DNA from: Candidatus Pelagibacterales bacterium | GTDB taxonomy: Bacteria; Pseudomonadota; Alphaproteobacteria; Pelagibacterales; Pelagibacteraceae | Length of the DNA: 64,000 nucleotides | Direction: 5' to 3' | Assembly: GCA_965235975.1 (NCBI GenBank) | Contig: CBDDZZ010000002.1 | Span: 208,202 to 272,201, forward strand | Shown here: in pieces, positions 20,344 through 32,661 of the stretch | How the letters are laid out: each line of letters opens with the position of its first letter | Position numbering within the stretch: position 1 is the first letter of the stretch | Program-made: the position numbers and the translations under genes | The notes under the pieces: generated by a model | The model's input: only the letters and a program-made list of their open reading frames with translations | Database searches by the model: none | What the model was told of the DNA's origin: nothing

Positions 20344-21639
20344 ATGATCCAGAGATATTCACGCGAACAAATTGCAAAAATCTGGCTGCCCGAAAATAAA
20401 TATAAAATCTGGTTAGACATTGAAATATATGCTGCAGAGGCTATGGAAAAATTTAAAATTATTCCAAAAGGTATTGCTAAAGAAATAAGAAAAAAAGCTA
20501 AAATAAATCCAGTTAGAATTGATCAAATTGAAAAAAAAGTAAAACATGATGTTATAGCTTTTCTCACATCGATAACTGAAAAAGTAGGACAAAAAGCAAA
20601 ATTTTTACATCAGGGCATGACCTCTTCTGATGTACTGGATACTTGTTTTAATATTCAACTTTTTCAATCAGGAAAAATTATTTTAAATGATTTAGATGAA
20701 CTTATAAAAATTTTAAAAATAAAATCTATTAAATATAAAAAAACAGTTTGTGTTGGCAGAAGTCATGGCATCCACGCTGAACCTATTACTTTTGGATTAA
20801 AACTTCTCACCTTTTATGCAGAATTTAAAAGAAATAAAAAAAGAATGGAGCAAGCCATGAGTGAGATTTCAACATGCGCAATCTCTGGAGCTGTAGGGAC
20901 TTTCGCGCATCTTAATCCTGGAATTGAAAAATATGTTGCACAAAAATTTAATTTTAAAGTTGAGCCAATTTCAACACAAGTCATCCCAAGAGATCGACAT
21001 GCATATTTCTTTAGTATTCTTGCAATAATAGCCTCCTCTGTTGAAAGATTAGCAACGGAAATAAGACATTTGCAACGAACTGAAGTTTTAGAAGTTGAAG
21101 AGTATTTTTCAGCAGGCCAAAAAGGATCTTCTGCAATGCCTCATAAAAGAAATCCCGTTTTATCAGAAAATATTACTGGACTTGCAAGACTAATTAGAAG
21201 TTATGCTTATCCAGCTTTAGAGAATGTAGTTTTATGGCATGAGAGAGATATTAGCCACTCGAGTGTTGAAAGAAATATCGGTCCAGATGCAACGATTACT
21301 TTGGATTTTATTTTGTCTAGACTTAGTGGAATTATTAAAAATTTAATTGTTTATCCAAAAAATATGCAAAAAAATTTGGAAAAATTTAATGGACTTATTT
21401 TTTCTCAAAATGTTTTGCTTAAACTAACACAAAAAGGAATGACCAGAGAACTTGCTTATAAAGTTGTTCAAAAAAATGCTATGAAAACATGGTCAGCAAA
21501 TGAGAGTTTCTTTGATAATTTAAATAATGATAAACAAATTAAATCTAAATTATCCACAGAAGATCTTAAAAAACTGTTCAACATGAATTCTCATTTGAGA
21601 TACATTAATACTATCTACGGAAGAGTATTTAAAAGCTGA
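20344..21639 (+). CDS. purB: Adenylosuccinate lyase
   Basis: [29 protein letters not shown]. Confidence 0.98.
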   Translation: MIQRYSREQIAKIWLPENKYKIWLDIEIYAAEAMEKFKIIPKGIAKEIRKKAKINPVRIDQIEKKVKHDVIAFLTSITEKVGQKAKFLHQGMTSSDVLDTCFNIQLFQSGKIILNDLDELIKILKIKSIKYKKTVCVGRSHGIHAEPITFGLKLLTFYAEFKRNKKRMEQAMSEISTCAISGAVGTFAHLNPGIEKYVAQKFNFKVEPISTQVIPRDRHAYFFSILAIIASSVERLATEIRHLQRTEVLEVEEYFSAGQKGSSAMPHKRNPVLSENITGLARLIRSYAYPALENVVLWHERDISHSSVERNIGPDATITLDFILSRLSGIIKNLIVYPKNMQKNLEKFNGLIFSQNVLLKLTQKGMTRELAYKVVQKNAMKTWSANESFFDNLNNDKQIKSKLSTEDLKKLFNMNSHLRYINTIYGRVFKS

Positions 21640-22427
21640 TGGCTAAAGGAAAACAAATATACGAAGGAAAAGCTAAAATATTGTATGAGGGTCCTGAAAA
21701 AGGAACTTTGATTCAATATTTCAAAGACGATGCTACGGCCTTTAATAATAAAAAAAAAGCAATTATCGATGGCAAAGGTGTTTTAAATAATAGAATTTCA
21801 GAATTTCTATTATCCCAACTAAATCAAATAGGAATTAAAACACATTTTATCAAAAGATTGAACATGCGTGAACAGCTTATCAAATCTTTAGAGATTATTC
21901 CTATTGAAGTTGTCATTAGAAATATAGCCGCTGGAACTTTTTCAAATAGACTTGGAATTAGCGAAGGAACAGATCTTAGTAAGCCTATTTTAGAATTTTA
22001 TTATAAAAATGATGAACTTGGAGATCCATTAGTTAATGAAGAACATATTCTTGCATTGAATTGGGCAACTCAAAATGAATTAATACATATTTCTGAACAG
22101 GCCTTAAGAATAAATGATTTTTTAGTAGGTTTATTTAGAGGAATTGGAATTAAGCTCGTCGATTTCAAATTAGAATTTGGAAGACAGTGGAATAATGATG
22201 AAGTTGAAATTTTTTTAGCTGATGAAATTAGTCCAGATACATGCCGATTATGGGATGTAAAGGATGAAAGAAAATTAGACAAAGATAGATTCAGACGAGA
22301 TCTTGGCGGATTGGTTGAGGCTTATCAGGAAGTTGCTCGTAGACTTGGAATCATGCCAGAAGGTTCAAATATTAAAGAAATTAAAACAGGTATCTCAAAA
22401 AATTTAACTGCATTAAAAAAAAAATAA
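21639..22427 (+). CDS. purC: SAICAR synthetase
   Basis: [43 protein letters not shown]. Confidence 0.98.
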   Translation: MAKGKQIYEGKAKILYEGPEKGTLIQYFKDDATAFNNKKKAIIDGKGVLNNRISEFLLSQLNQIGIKTHFIKRLNMREQLIKSLEIIPIEVVIRNIAAGTFSNRLGISEGTDLSKPILEFYYKNDELGDPLVNEEHILALNWATQNELIHISEQALRINDFLVGLFRGIGIKLVDFKLEFGRQWNNDEVEIFLADEISPDTCRLWDVKDERKLDKDRFRRDLGGLVEAYQEVARRLGIMPEGSNIKEIKTGISKNLTALKKK

Positions 22428-22431
22428 AAGT

Positions 22432-22677
22432 TTGAAACTACAAGTCATTGTTACATTAAAAAAGGATGTTTTAGATCCTCAAGGTTCTGCAATTAAAAGT
22501 TCATTATCCAATATGGGCTTTAAAAATATTGAAAGTTTAAGGCAAGGAAAAACTTTTGAAATAATTGTTAAAGAAAAAGATGAAAAAGTTGCTCTTTCTA
22601 AAGCTAAAGATATGTGTGAAAAACTTTTAGCAAATCTGACGATTGAGGACTATTCAGTAAAAGCTATTAAAGAATGA
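22432..22677 (+). CDS. purS: FGAM synthase subunit PurS (TTG start)
   Basis: VLDPQG, LLAN motifs; pur cluster context. Confidence 0.95.
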   Translation: MKLQVIVTLKKDVLDPQGSAIKSSLSNMGFKNIESLRQGKTFEIIVKEKDEKVALSKAKDMCEKLLANLTIEDYSVKAIKE

Positions 22678-23348
22678 AGGCCAGTGTCATTGTTTTCCCT
22701 GGCTCTAATTGCGATCGTGATATAAAAATTTCTCTTGAAAAATTCGGTATAAAAACCTCAATGGTATGGCATGCAGATGCCAAGCTCCCAAAATCTGATC
22801 TTATTGTTCTTCCAGGTGGTTTTTCATATGGAGATTATCTAAGATGTGGAAGTATCGCTTCCAAATCAAGAATTATGAAAGAAGTTATAACACACTCTAA
22901 AAAAGGTGGGTTGGTAATGGGTATTTGTAATGGTTTCCAGGTTCTTGTTGAAACTCAACTTTTGCCAGGTGTTTTAATAAGAAATATTAATCTTAAATTT
23001 ATATGTAAAAATATAACTGTAAAAGTAACTAATAATAAAACAAATTTTACATCTAAAACTTACAGAAATTCTATTCTAGAAATTCCAATCGCACACAACG
23101 AAGGAAATTATTTTGCAAAAAAAGATTTAATTAGCGAACTGGAAGATAATAATCAAATTGTACTTCAGTACTGTGACACTGCTGGAAATGTTACAGAACA
23201 ATGTAATCCTAATGGTTCAATTAAAAATATCGCTGGAATTATAAATAAAAAAGGAAATGTTTTTGGTCTTATGCCTCATCCGGAAAGAGCATCGGATAAA
23301 TTGTTAGGTGGAATGGATGGATCAATGATTTTCAAATCTTTGAAATAA
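22674..23348 (+). CDS. purQ: FGAM synthase glutaminase subunit PurQ
   Basis: [31 protein letters not shown]. Confidence 0.98.
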   Translation: MKASVIVFPGSNCDRDIKISLEKFGIKTSMVWHADAKLPKSDLIVLPGGFSYGDYLRCGSIASKSRIMKEVITHSKKGGLVMGICNGFQVLVETQLLPGVLIRNINLKFICKNITVKVTNNKTNFTSKTYRNSILEIPIAHNEGNYFAKKDLISELEDNNQIVLQYCDTAGNVTEQCNPNGSIKNIAGIINKKGNVFGLMPHPERASDKLLGGMDGSMIFKSLK

Positions 23349-23350
23349 TT

Positions 23351-25543
23351 ATGCAAAAGGTTAATCAAGAGCTCGCAATCAAACACGGTCTAACGTCTGA
23401 AGAATATAATAAAATTATTAAATTAATGGGAAGAAATCCAAATTTAGTAGAGCTTGGAATTTTTTCAGCCATGTGGAATGAGCACTGTTCTTATAAATCC
23501 TCAAGAATTTGGCTACAAACTTTGCCAACAAAAAACAAATATGTAATTCAAGGACCAGGAGAAAATGCAGGAGTTGTTGATTTTGGTGATGGAGATGTTG
23601 TAATTTTTAAAATTGAAAGTCACAACCACCCTTCTTATATCGAACCTTACCAAGGAGCCGCAACTGGTGTGGGTGGAATATTAAGAGATGTTTTTACAAT
23701 GGGTGCAAGACCTGTTGCTAATTTAAATTCTATAAGATTTGGCTCACCTAATCATGAGAAAACAAAATATTTATTAAATGGGGTTGTTTCTGGAATTGGC
23801 GGATATGGAAATTGTATAGGTGTTCCAACTGTTGGAGGTGAGACTGAATTTGATGAATGTTATAACGGAAATATATTAGTTAATGCCATGAATATTGGTA
23901 TTGCCAAAAAAGATAAGGTTTTTTATTCAATTGCTAGCGGCATCGGTAACCCCGTTGTCTATGTTGGTTCAAAAACAGGTAGAGATGGAATCCATGGTGC
24001 AACGATGGCATCAGCTGAGTTTGATGAAGACTCCGAGTCAAAAAAACCAACAGTGCAAGTTGGAGACCCATTTACTGAAAAACTACTCTTAGAAGCTTGT
24101 TTAGAGTTAATGCAAAAAAAATCTATTGTCTCAATACAAGATATGGGTGCCGCTGGTCTTACCTCTTCCTCTATAGAAATGGCCTCAAAGGGTGATCTTG
24201 GAATTAAAATTAATTTAAATTTAATTCCTTGTAGAGAAAATAATATGACGCCTTATGAAATTATGCTCTCTGAAAGTCAGGAGCGAATGTTAATGGTTTT
24301 AAAAAAAGGAAAAGAAAAAGAGGCTCGAAAAATATTCGAAAAATGGGGATTAGATTTTGCAATTATAGGAGAATTAACAAATTCAAAAAAACTTGAACTT
24401 GAGTTTAATAAAAAAAATGTATGTAGTATTCCAATTCATTCATTAGGTGATAATGCCCCTAAATATAAGAGAGAATATGTAACTTATAATTATCCAAAAA
24501 CAATTAATCACGACTCTGAAATTGAAAAATTAGATATTAAAGATTCATTAATTAAAATTTTATCTCATCATAATTACTCAAATAAATCGTGGGTATGGGA
24601 ACAGTATGATCATATGGTAATGACAGACACTATTCAAAAGCCAGGCGGTGATTCTGCTATTGTTCGTTATCATGGAAAAAATAAAGGAATAGCCGCTACG
24701 GTTGATTGTGTGCCAAGATATTGCAAAGCTCATCCAAAGTCTGGAGCTATGCAAGCTGTTTGTGAAACTTGGAGAAATTTAATTTCAGTTGGAGCTCAGC
24801 CTATTGCTATCACTAATTGTTTAAATTTTGGAAATCCTGAAAAAAAAGAAATCATGGGTCAGTTTGTAGATAGTATCAATGGAATGAAAGAAGCTTGTGA
24901 GGCTTTAAATTACCCAGTGATATCTGGAAATGTATCTTTATATAACGAAACAAATGGTGTTGCCATTTATCCAACTCCAACAATTGGTGGTGTTGGTCTT
25001 TTAAAAAATATTAATAATATGATGACGTTTAATTTCAAAAATACAGAAAGCATTATTGCCATTATTGGAGAAACCTCGGGTCATCTAAGTCAAAGTGCAT
25101 TAATTTATGATATTTTAGAGGATAAAGACGGTCCTCCTCCACAGATTAATTTAAAAGAAGAAAAAAAAAATGGTCTTTTTATTAGCGACTTAATCAAGGG
25201 AAAAATGGTTAGTGCAGTTCACGATATTTCTCACGGTGGAATAATAGTTACATTAGCTGAAATGTGTATGGCATCTAATATTGGTGCCAAAATTAAAGTA
25301 TCAGGATCAAATATCGATAAAATTAAATATTTATTTTCTGAAGATCAGGCTAGATATTTAATTGAAATAAATAAGAAAAATTTAGAGAAAGTGAAAAATA
25401 TTGCAAATGATAAAAATATTAAAATAGATATTATTGGAAAAACTCAAAGTGAGATATTTGAAATAGAAAATAATTTAAAAATTAGTGTTAAAGAATTAAA
25501 GACAAAAAATGAAAGTTGGTTTAAAAATTATAATAAAAATTAA
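23351..25543 (+). CDS. purL: FGAM synthase subunit PurL
   Basis: [32 protein letters not shown]. Confidence 0.98.
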   Translation: MQKVNQELAIKHGLTSEEYNKIIKLMGRNPNLVELGIFSAMWNEHCSYKSSRIWLQTLPTKNKYVIQGPGENAGVVDFGDGDVVIFKIESHNHPSYIEPYQGAATGVGGILRDVFTMGARPVANLNSIRFGSPNHEKTKYLLNGVVSGIGGYGNCIGVPTVGGETEFDECYNGNILVNAMNIGIAKKDKVFYSIASGIGNPVVYVGSKTGRDGIHGATMASAEFDEDSESKKPTVQVGDPFTEKLLLEACLELMQKKSIVSIQDMGAAGLTSSSIEMASKGDLGIKINLNLIPCRENNMTPYEIMLSESQERMLMVLKKGKEKEARKIFEKWGLDFAIIGELTNSKKLELEFNKKNVCSIPIHSLGDNAPKYKREYVTYNYPKTINHDSEIEKLDIKDSLIKILSHHNYSNKSWVWEQYDHMVMTDTIQKPGGDSAIVRYHGKNKGIAATVDCVPRYCKAHPKSGAMQAVCETWRNLISVGAQPIAITNCLNFGNPEKKEIMGQFVDSINGMKEACEALNYPVISGNVSLYNETNGVAIYPTPTIGGVGLLKNINNMMTFNFKNTESIIAIIGETSGHLSQSALIYDILEDKDGPPPQINLKEEKKNGLFISDLIKGKMVSAVHDISHGGIIVTLAEMCMASNIGAKIKVSGSNIDKIKYLFSEDQARYLIEINKKNLEKVKNIANDKNIKIDIIGKTQSEIFEIENNLKISVKELKTKNESWFKNYNKN

Positions 25544-25545
25544 TT

Positions 25546-25776
25546 ATGGCTATTAAACAAGAAGAAATTCATAAATTATTAAAAGAAGGTTTTCCAGATG
25601 CTGAAATTGAAATAAAAGATCTAGCTGGCGATGATAATCATTATGCAGCTAAAATTAGATCTTCAAAATTTAAAGGTAAGACTAGAGTTCAACAACATCA
25701 AATGGTATATGCTTCTCTTAAAGGAAAAATGGGTAATGAATTACACGCACTGGCACTAACAACGGAAGAAATGTAA
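25546..25776 (+). CDS. bolA: BolA family protein
   Basis: GDDNHY, FKGKTRVQQHQMVY, LHALAL; adjacent to grxD. Confidence 0.93.
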   Translation: MAIKQEEIHKLLKEGFPDAEIEIKDLAGDDNHYAAKIRSSKFKGKTRVQQHQMVYASLKGKMGNELHALALTTEEM

Positions 25777-25777
25777 A

Positions 25778-26083
25778 ATGACAAACATTAATGAAAAAAT
25801 AAAAGATATTATAAGTAAAAATGATGTAGTTTTATTTATGAAGGGCACTCCTGATATGCCGCAATGTGGATTTTCAATGACTGTTACTAATATTTTAAAA
25901 CAACTTAAGGTAAAATTTAACGGTATTGATGTTTTAGCTGATCCTGAAATAAGACAAGGAATTAAAGATTTTAGTAATTGGCCAACTGTTCCTCAACTTT
26001 ACGTTAAAGGAGAATTTATTGGTGGCTGTGATATTGCAAAAGAAATGTACGAAAAAGGTGAATTGCAAAAACTTCTAAAATAG
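25778..26083 (+). CDS. grxD: Monothiol glutaredoxin Grx4
   Basis: PQCGFS, WPTVPQLYV, GGCDI. Confidence 0.97.
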   Translation: MTNINEKIKDIISKNDVVLFMKGTPDMPQCGFSMTVTNILKQLKVKFNGIDVLADPEIRQGIKDFSNWPTVPQLYVKGEFIGGCDIAKEMYEKGELQKLLK

Positions 26084-26087
26084 AAAA

Positions 26088-26705
26088 TTATCTAGAATAG
26101 TATTCAACAACTAGTTTAGGTTCCATTTGCACTGGATATGGGATCTGATCATACTTTGGAACTTTATTAAATTTTGCAGTCATTTTTTTGTGGTCAGCAA
26201 TAATATATTCTGGAACTTCTCTCTCTTTGCTTTGTGTTGCTCCGATAATTGGAATTGATTGTTTGAATGAGTCTTTTATTTCTATTTCATCATTTTCAGA
26301 AACTAAATAACTTGAAATATTAACTTTCTTTCCATTCACTTTTACTTTTCCATGATTAATCATTTGTCTTGCAGCAAAAACAGTAATGGCAAATTTTGCT
26401 CTATAAATAACAGCGTCTAGTCTTCTCTCTAATAAACCAACTAAATTTTCTCCTGTATCCCCCTTTTTTTTATAAGCTTTTCTAAAAAGATTTCTAAATT
26501 GTCTTTCACTTATATTACCATAATAACTTTTTAATTTTTGCTTAGCTTGTAATTGAATATTGTAATCCGAGGGTTTGCCTTTGTTTCTTTGTCCGTGTTG
26601 TCCTGGACGATAGGCTCTAGTGTTAAAGGGACTTTTTGGTCTACCCCAAAGATTTACCCCAAGCCGTCTATCAACTTTATGAGTAGAATTTATTCTTTTT
26701 GTCAT
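26088..26705 (-). CDS. rpsD: 30S ribosomal protein S4
   Basis: [14 protein letters not shown]4 domain, VVEYYSR. Confidence 0.98.
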   Translation of the reverse strand: MTKRINSTHKVDRRLGVNLWGRPKSPFNTRAYRPGQHGQRNKGKPSDYNIQLQAKQKLKSYYGNISERQFRNLFRKAYKKKGDTGENLVGLLERRLDAVIYRAKFAITVFAARQMINHGKVKVNGKKVNISSYLVSENDEIEIKDSFKQSIPIIGATQSKEREVPEYIIADHKKMTAKFNKVPKYDQIPYPVQMEPKLVVEYYSR

Positions 26706-26720
26706 ATTTTAAAGTGCCTT

Positions 26721-26749
26721 CTTATAATAACCCTTATTCTTTTAGTCAA
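26721..26749 (-). promoter_or_regulatory. Sigma70-type promoter of rpsD
   Basis: Minus strand TTGACT-17 nt-TATAAG. Confidence 0.6.
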
Positions 26750-26757
26750 TGTTACTC

Positions 26758-27489
26758 TCATTCTTTAAACTTAATTAAAGAACTAATAACTCCTGATAAA
26801 GTTCTAATTTCCTGCGTAGAAAGAGAGCTTCGGTGAAAAATATTTTTAACACTTCTAATCATTTGTTGTTTTTTTTCAGCTGGCTTCAAAAAACCTACCT
26901 TGTCTAAATGAGATATTAAAAAGTTTAAAAAAGCGTTAACTTCTTTCTTTTTTGCATCATCGCTTCTATACAAATTCTTAACAATAGGTTCAAATTTTAT
27001 TGAGGCAGTAAATAATTCAAAAGCAAAAATAGTCACAGCATGTGATAAATTTAACGATTTAAATTTATTACTTGTTGGAATATTAACTAAATAATTAGCA
27101 TTAATAAGATCGTCATTACTTAATCCTGAAGCTTCTGGCCCAAAAAAAATTCCAGTTTTTTTATTATGAATACTTTGTTTTTTTATAATCTTTATAGCTT
27201 TAGATAAATCTATAATCTTTTTATTTACTGATCTACTTCTTGATGTGGTTGCAAAAACATAATCTAAATCTGCAACTGCTTGATCAATATTTTGAAAAAC
27301 TTTTGCTTTATGAACAACATCTTTAGCTTCTACTGCAGTATAAGTTGCGCTTTTATTTGGCCAACTATCTCGAGGAGAAACTAATCGTAAATTTTCAAAA
27401 TTAAAATTTTTTAGTGATCTAGCAGCAGCTCCTATATTTTCTCCAAGTTGAGGTCTGACTAAAATAAAATGAATATTTTTAGATAACAT
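26758..27489 (-). CDS. trmJ: tRNA C32/U32 2'-O-methyltransferase (TrmJ/LasT-type SPOUT)
   Basis: LVRPQLGENIGAAARS, FGPEASGLSN, SLNLSHAV. Confidence 0.85.
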   Translation of the reverse strand: MLSKNIHFILVRPQLGENIGAAARSLKNFNFENLRLVSPRDSWPNKSATYTAVEAKDVVHKAKVFQNIDQAVADLDYVFATTSRSRSVNKKIIDLSKAIKIIKKQSIHNKKTGIFFGPEASGLSNDDLINANYLVNIPTSNKFKSLNLSHAVTIFAFELFTASIKFEPIVKNLYRSDDAKKKEVNAFLNFLISHLDKVGFLKPAEKKQQMIRSVKNIFHRSSLSTQEIRTLSGVISSLIKFKE

Positions 27490-29093
27490 TACAAGTTTGC
27501 AGGGGCCTTATCCTTGTACAACTTGTAATCAATACTATCTATCAACGCTCTAAAAGATGCTTCAATTATATTCGGCGAAACTCCAATGGTAAACCAAATG
27601 TCACCTGTATTGTCGGTGCTCTCAATAGATACTCGGGTAATAGCATTGGTTCCCGTATTCAAAATTCTAACTTTATAATCTACTAACCTTAAATCTTTTA
27701 AATACTCGCTATATTTTCCAATTTTATTTACGTTAGATCTAATTGCGTTATCAATTGCATTGACTGGCCCATTACCTGATCCTTCGCAAATAATATCTTT
27801 TTTATCGACTTGTAAAATAACCGTTGCATAAGAATTAATAAGATCATTGTCATTACTTTTACTAACTTTTACTTCGTATTTTTTTATATTTAAATAATTA
27901 GGAACTTCTCCTAACAATCTTCGAGTTAACAACTCAAATGAGGCATCAGCGCCATCATAAGCATATCCAATAAATTCTCTATCTTTAACCTGTTCTAACA
28001 ATTTTTGAACTTTAGGATCATCTTTATTAATCTTAATATTTAATTTTTCTAATCTTGACAAAATATTAGATCTTCCTGACTGATCTGAAATAACAATGTT
28101 TCTTTTATTGCCTACAGACTCTGGAACAATATGTTCATATGTTTTCGGATTTTTCTCAACAGCAGAAACATGGAGACCTCCTTTATGCGCAAAAGCAGAG
28201 GCGCCGACATAAGCAGCATGATTATTAGGTTTTCTATTTAAAATTTCATCTAATAATCTAGAACATTCGGTTAAATATTTAATTTTTTTTTCCTCTACTG
28301 AAATATCGAATTTATCTTTAAAATATTTTTTCAATAATAAAGTTGGAATAATCGATACAATATTTGCATTCCCACATCTTTCTCCTAAACCGTTTAAGGT
28401 TCCCTGAACCTGTCTAGCCCCCGATCTAATTGCTGCAAGAGTATTTGCTACTGCGTTTTCTGTATCGTTATGGGTATGGATGCCTAAATTTTTTCCAGGA
28501 ATAACTTTTGCAACATCATTTACTATTTCTTCAATTTCAAAAGGTAAAGTTCCTCCATTTGTGTCACATAAAATAACCCATCTTGCACCATTATCGTAAG
28601 CTGAGCGTATACATTCTAATGCATACTTTTTATTATTTTTATACCCATCAAAAAAATGTTCGGCATCAAACATGTATTCTCTTTTATTTTTTACAAAATG
28701 TTGTGTTGTATCGACAATATTTTCTAAATTCTCTTGTTTTGAAATTCCTAGAGCTACATCTACATGAAAATCCCATGTTTTTCCGACGATGCAAACAGAT
28801 TTAGTATTTGAATTTATAATAGCAGATAACCCTGGATCATTTTCAGCACTCCTGCCAGATTTTTTAGTCATACCAAACGCAACTAAAGTTGAATTAGATA
28901 ATTTTGGAGGTTTGTTAAAAAAATTAGTGTCTGTTGGATTTGCGCCAGGCCATCCTGCCTCAATATAATCAACTCCTAGTTTAGATAATGCGGTAGCAAT
29001 TTTATTTTTTTCATCCATTGAGAAATTTACACCTTGAGTTTGCGCTCCATCTCTTAAAGTGGTGTCGAATATGTAAATTTTTTCTTTACTCAT
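27489..29093 (-). CDS. cimA: Citramalate synthase
   Basis: DTTLRDGAQ, DAEHFFDGY, CDTNGG, GERCGNA, AFAHKGGLH, DYKVRI. Confidence 0.92.
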   Translation of the reverse strand: MSKEKIYIFDTTLRDGAQTQGVNFSMDEKNKIATALSKLGVDYIEAGWPGANPTDTNFFNKPPKLSNSTLVAFGMTKKSGRSAENDPGLSAIINSNTKSVCIVGKTWDFHVDVALGISKQENLENIVDTTQHFVKNKREYMFDAEHFFDGYKNNKKYALECIRSAYDNGARWVILCDTNGGTLPFEIEEIVNDVAKVIPGKNLGIHTHNDTENAVANTLAAIRSGARQVQGTLNGLGERCGNANIVSIIPTLLLKKYFKDKFDISVEEKKIKYLTECSRLLDEILNRKPNNHAAYVGASAFAHKGGLHVSAVEKNPKTYEHIVPESVGNKRNIVISDQSGRSNILSRLEKLNIKINKDDPKVQKLLEQVKDREFIGYAYDGADASFELLTRRLLGEVPNYLNIKKYEVKVSKSNDNDLINSYATVILQVDKKDIICEGSGNGPVNAIDNAIRSNVNKIGKYSEYLKDLRLVDYKVRILNTGTNAITRVSIESTDNTGDIWFTIGVSPNIIEASFRALIDSIDYKLYKDKAPANL

Positions 29094-30442
29094 TATTTAT
29101 ATTTCCAATGTGTTTTATCATTAAGATCTTCAATTAAAATTCCATTCTTTTCAAGATCTAGTCTAATTTTATCAGCTTTTTTAAAATCTTTATCTTTTCT
29201 GGCAAGATTTCTTTGTTCTATTAGATTTTCAATCTCACTTTCATCAAGATTTGATTTTTTTCTTAAGCTATTAAATTGCTCTTCACTTTGATCAAATAAA
29301 CCAATAAATTTAAGTGCAGAATTTAAATCTTTTTTAGCCGTAGCATCTCCAGTTTTTGCTCTATTATAAAGACTATGAATGCTTGTTATAAATTTTGGTG
29401 TATTTAAATCATCCAATAAAATATTAAATAATTCCTCGCTAATTTCCTCTTTTTCAGGAGAATAAAAACTATACCAATTTTCTAATATTTTTTTGTTTGT
29501 TTCTAAAATTTTTAAATTCCAGTCTAAAGGTTGTCTGTAGTGAGTGCCTAAAATGGATAATCTGACGATTTGTCCGTTAAAATTTTTTTTTAAATTATTA
29601 ATAGTGACGAAATTTCCATCAGATTTTGACATCTTTTTTCCATCAACAGTCAAATAGCCGTTGTGCATCCAGTACTTTGCAAGAATATTAGTGTCATTTG
29701 CGCAAATTGATTGAGCTATCTCATTTTCATGATGGGGAAAAATAAGATCTAATCCACCGCAGTGTAGATCAAATTCTTCACCTAGATACTTCTGTGCCAT
29801 CGCAGAGCATTCTATATGCCAGCCTGGTCTTCCTTTTCCCCAAGGAGAATCCCAAGAAGGCTCTTTATCTTTTGAGGGTTTCCACAAGACAAAGTCTAAA
29901 GGATTATTTTTAAATTCTGAAACTTCTACTCTTGATCCAGAGATTAATTCTTTTGTATTTTTATTTGAAAGTTTACCATAGTCTTCAAATTTGTTTACAT
30001 TAAAATAAACATTACCATTTTTTATATATGCAATTTTTTTAGCTATTAAATTTTCAACCATTTGAATCATGCCTGATATATTTTCAGTTGCTTTGGGCTG
30101 GTGATTTGGAGTTAGACAATTTAAATATTTACAATCGTCAAAAAAAATATCTGTGACATTTTTTGTAAGTTCATTAATATCAATTTTTAATTCACTTGCT
30201 CTTTGAATAATTTTGTCATCAATATCAGTGATATTTCTAATATAATTAACTTTATTTTTTCCAAAATTTTTAATTAAAATTCTAAATACAAGATCAAAAA
30301 TAATTAACGGTCGAGCATTACCAATATGAGGCTCGTCATAAACAGTCGGACCACAGACGTACATACCAACCGAGTCTTTATTTAAAGGAATAAACTCTTC
30401 TTTTTCTCTTCTAAAGGTATTGTAAATTTTTAAACTATTCAC
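29093..30442 (-). CDS. cysS: Cysteine--tRNA ligase
   Basis: CGPTVY, HIGN, GRPGWHIECSAM, KMSKS. Confidence 0.98.
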   Translation of the reverse strand: MNSLKIYNTFRREKEEFIPLNKDSVGMYVCGPTVYDEPHIGNARPLIIFDLVFRILIKNFGKNKVNYIRNITDIDDKIIQRASELKIDINELTKNVTDIFFDDCKYLNCLTPNHQPKATENISGMIQMVENLIAKKIAYIKNGNVYFNVNKFEDYGKLSNKNTKELISGSRVEVSEFKNNPLDFVLWKPSKDKEPSWDSPWGKGRPGWHIECSAMAQKYLGEEFDLHCGGLDLIFPHHENEIAQSICANDTNILAKYWMHNGYLTVDGKKMSKSDGNFVTINNLKKNFNGQIVRLSILGTHYRQPLDWNLKILETNKKILENWYSFYSPEKEEISEELFNILLDDLNTPKFITSIHSLYNRAKTGDATAKKDLNSALKFIGLFDQSEEQFNSLRKKSNLDESEIENLIEQRNLARKDKDFKKADKIRLDLEKNGILIEDLNDKTHWKYK

Positions 30443-31178
30443 TGTTATTAAATTTACAAATTGGAATTAAGTCCATTTTATGAAGATTTCTTTTTCTAAT
30501 TCTTAAATATTTTTCATAATTTTTATCTTTTGGATTAAGCATAGCTTTTTCTAAATCCTCATATGACATTCCCAATTGACGTTCATCAGTTCTACCGTCC
30601 GTCCACAATCCATCCGTTGGTGCTGCATTAATAATATCCTCTAATATTTTTAGCTCTTTTCCCATATCCCAAACTTGAGTTTTTAAGCAATCTGCTATTG
30701 GAGAAATATCAACACCCCCATCGCCATATTTCGTATAAAAACCTACTCCAAAATCTTCAACTTTATTACCTGTGCCAACAACAATTCCATTATTTGCTCC
30801 TGCTACTTGGTATAAAGTTGCCATTCGCAACCTTGCTCGCGAATTTGCAAAAGCGTGCTCACTATTAAAATTTTTTAAAGCTCTTTCAAAATTATTAAAA
30901 ACTTCATCTAAGTTTATAATCACCTCATCTACGTTAGAAAATTTACTCTTTAGCCATTTGAGATGAGCTTTGCTTAAATCATCTTGAAATTTTAATTGTT
31001 TAATCGGCATCGAAAGGGCTTTAACCCTCATTTCTGTCATTGCTGAAATAGTGCTTACAACCGCTGAGTCAATTCCACCGGAAACCCCAACAACTAAACA
31101 GTCGGGTTTCTTTTCCATTGAATTACAATAGTTTTTAATCCAGTTTTTAATAAATTGAATTCTATCTGCTGATGTCAT
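30435..31178 (-). CDS. nadE: NH3-dependent NAD+ synthetase
   Basis: SGGIDS, ARLRM, GFYTKYGDG; no glutaminase domain. Confidence 0.95.
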   Translation of the reverse strand: MTSADRIQFIKNWIKNYCNSMEKKPDCLVVGVSGGIDSAVVSTISAMTEMRVKALSMPIKQLKFQDDLSKAHLKWLKSKFSNVDEVIINLDEVFNNFERALKNFNSEHAFANSRARLRMATLYQVAGANNGIVVGTGNKVEDFGVGFYTKYGDGGVDISPIADCLKTQVWDMGKELKILEDIINAAPTDGLWTDGRTDERQLGMSYEDLEKAMLNPKDKNYEKYLRIRKRNLHKMDLIPICKFNNSE

Positions 31179-31235
31179 TATATTATTTTTACTTTTTTTT
31201 TAGATTTAAGCAAAAAAATTATTAAAAAATAATTT

Positions 31236-32618
31236 TTAAGAAGCTTTTCTAATTGAGTTTATTGAATATTTAGAATTTTTCTTAATTTCCTCTGAAATAA
31301 GAAATGCTAACTCAATAGCTTGATTTGCATTCAATCTTGGATCGCAATGCGTATGGTATCTGCTAGATAAATCTTTATCAGTAATATTCTGTGCACCCCC
31401 AATACATTCTGTGACATTTTTTCCTGTCATTTCAATATGAAGTCCCCCGGCGTAAGTTCCTTCTCCTTGATGAATATCAAAGAAGCTTTTAACTTCTGAA
31501 ATTATATCTTTAAATGGTCTAGTCTTAAATCCAGTGGTAGATTTAATAGTATTACCATGCATTGGGTCACAAGACCAAATCACTTTCTTATTCGATTTTT
31601 TTACAGATTGAATAAGTTTTGGTAAAAATTTTTCTACTTTATCATGACCAAATCTAGCTATTAAAGTTATTCTTCCAGCTTCATCCTCTGGATTTAAAAC
31701 TTCAATTAATTTAATTAATTCTTTTGGATCTAAGCTTGGACCACATTTAATCCCTATTGGATTTTTAATTCCTTTACAAAACTCCACATGGGCACCATCT
31801 ATTTGTCTAGTACGGTCTCCAATCCATAAAAAATGCGCTGAAGTATCGTGATGTTCACCTGTTGTTGAATCGATCCTCGTCATTGCCTCTTCATAAGGTA
31901 GATGTAAAGCTTCGTGACTTGTGTAAAAATTAACGGTTCTTAATCTTCTGTTTTGCTCAATAGTAATCCCACAAGCGTGCATAAAATTTAAAGCTTCCAT
32001 AACTTTATTTTGAATATCTTTAAATTTTTTATCAGCACTCTTATTTACAAAATCCATATTCCATAGGTGAACTTTACTTAAATCAGCAAATCCTCCTTGC
32101 GAAAATGCTCTTAATAGATTTAATGTTGCAGCCGACTGCGAGTATGATTTTAATAGTCTTGCAGGATCAGGCTTTCGAGACTGTTCATCAAATTTCATGC
32201 CATTAATATTATCTCCTAAATAGCTAGGAAGCTCTTTTCCATTTATAATCTCTGTAGAAGAACTTCTTGGTTTAGAGAATTGACCCGCTACTCTACCTAT
32301 TTTTACTATTGGTAAATGTGATGAAACTGTAAGTATTAAAGAAACTTGCAAAATAACTTTAAATAAATCTCTGATATTATCTGGATGAAATTCCTCAAAA
32401 CTCTCAGCACAATCTCCTCCCTGGAATAAAAAAGCTTTTCCTTCACTCACTTCGCCAAGCATTTGTTTAAGAGTTCGAGACTCTCCAGCAAAAACAAGTG
32501 GAGGAAATTTAGAAATTTCCTTCAAAACCTCGTTTAATTTATTTTCGTTTTCATAAACGGGTAAATGTTTTCCAGTTTTCGTTCTCCAAGAATTAGGTTT
32601 CCAATTTTTCATATTCAA
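31236..32618 (-). CDS. Class II DAHP synthase
   Basis: QGGDCAESF, GRVAGQFSKPRS, WIGDRTRQ, CDPMHGNT, CDPRLN. Confidence 0.95.
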   Translation of the reverse strand: MNMKNWKPNSWRTKTGKHLPVYENENKLNEVLKEISKFPPLVFAGESRTLKQMLGEVSEGKAFLFQGGDCAESFEEFHPDNIRDLFKVILQVSLILTVSSHLPIVKIGRVAGQFSKPRSSSTEIINGKELPSYLGDNINGMKFDEQSRKPDPARLLKSYSQSAATLNLLRAFSQGGFADLSKVHLWNMDFVNKSADKKFKDIQNKVMEALNFMHACGITIEQNRRLRTVNFYTSHEALHLPYEEAMTRIDSTTGEHHDTSAHFLWIGDRTRQIDGAHVEFCKGIKNPIGIKCGPSLDPKELIKLIEVLNPEDEAGRITLIARFGHDKVEKFLPKLIQSVKKSNKKVIWSCDPMHGNTIKSTTGFKTRPFKDIISEVKSFFDIHQGEGTYAGGLHIEMTGKNVTECIGGAQNITDKDLSSRYHTHCDPRLNANQAIELAFLISEEIKKNSKYSINSIRKAS

Positions 32619-32661
32619 CCTACAGTATATATATAGAGTGTTCTAAGCCTACAAGAATAAA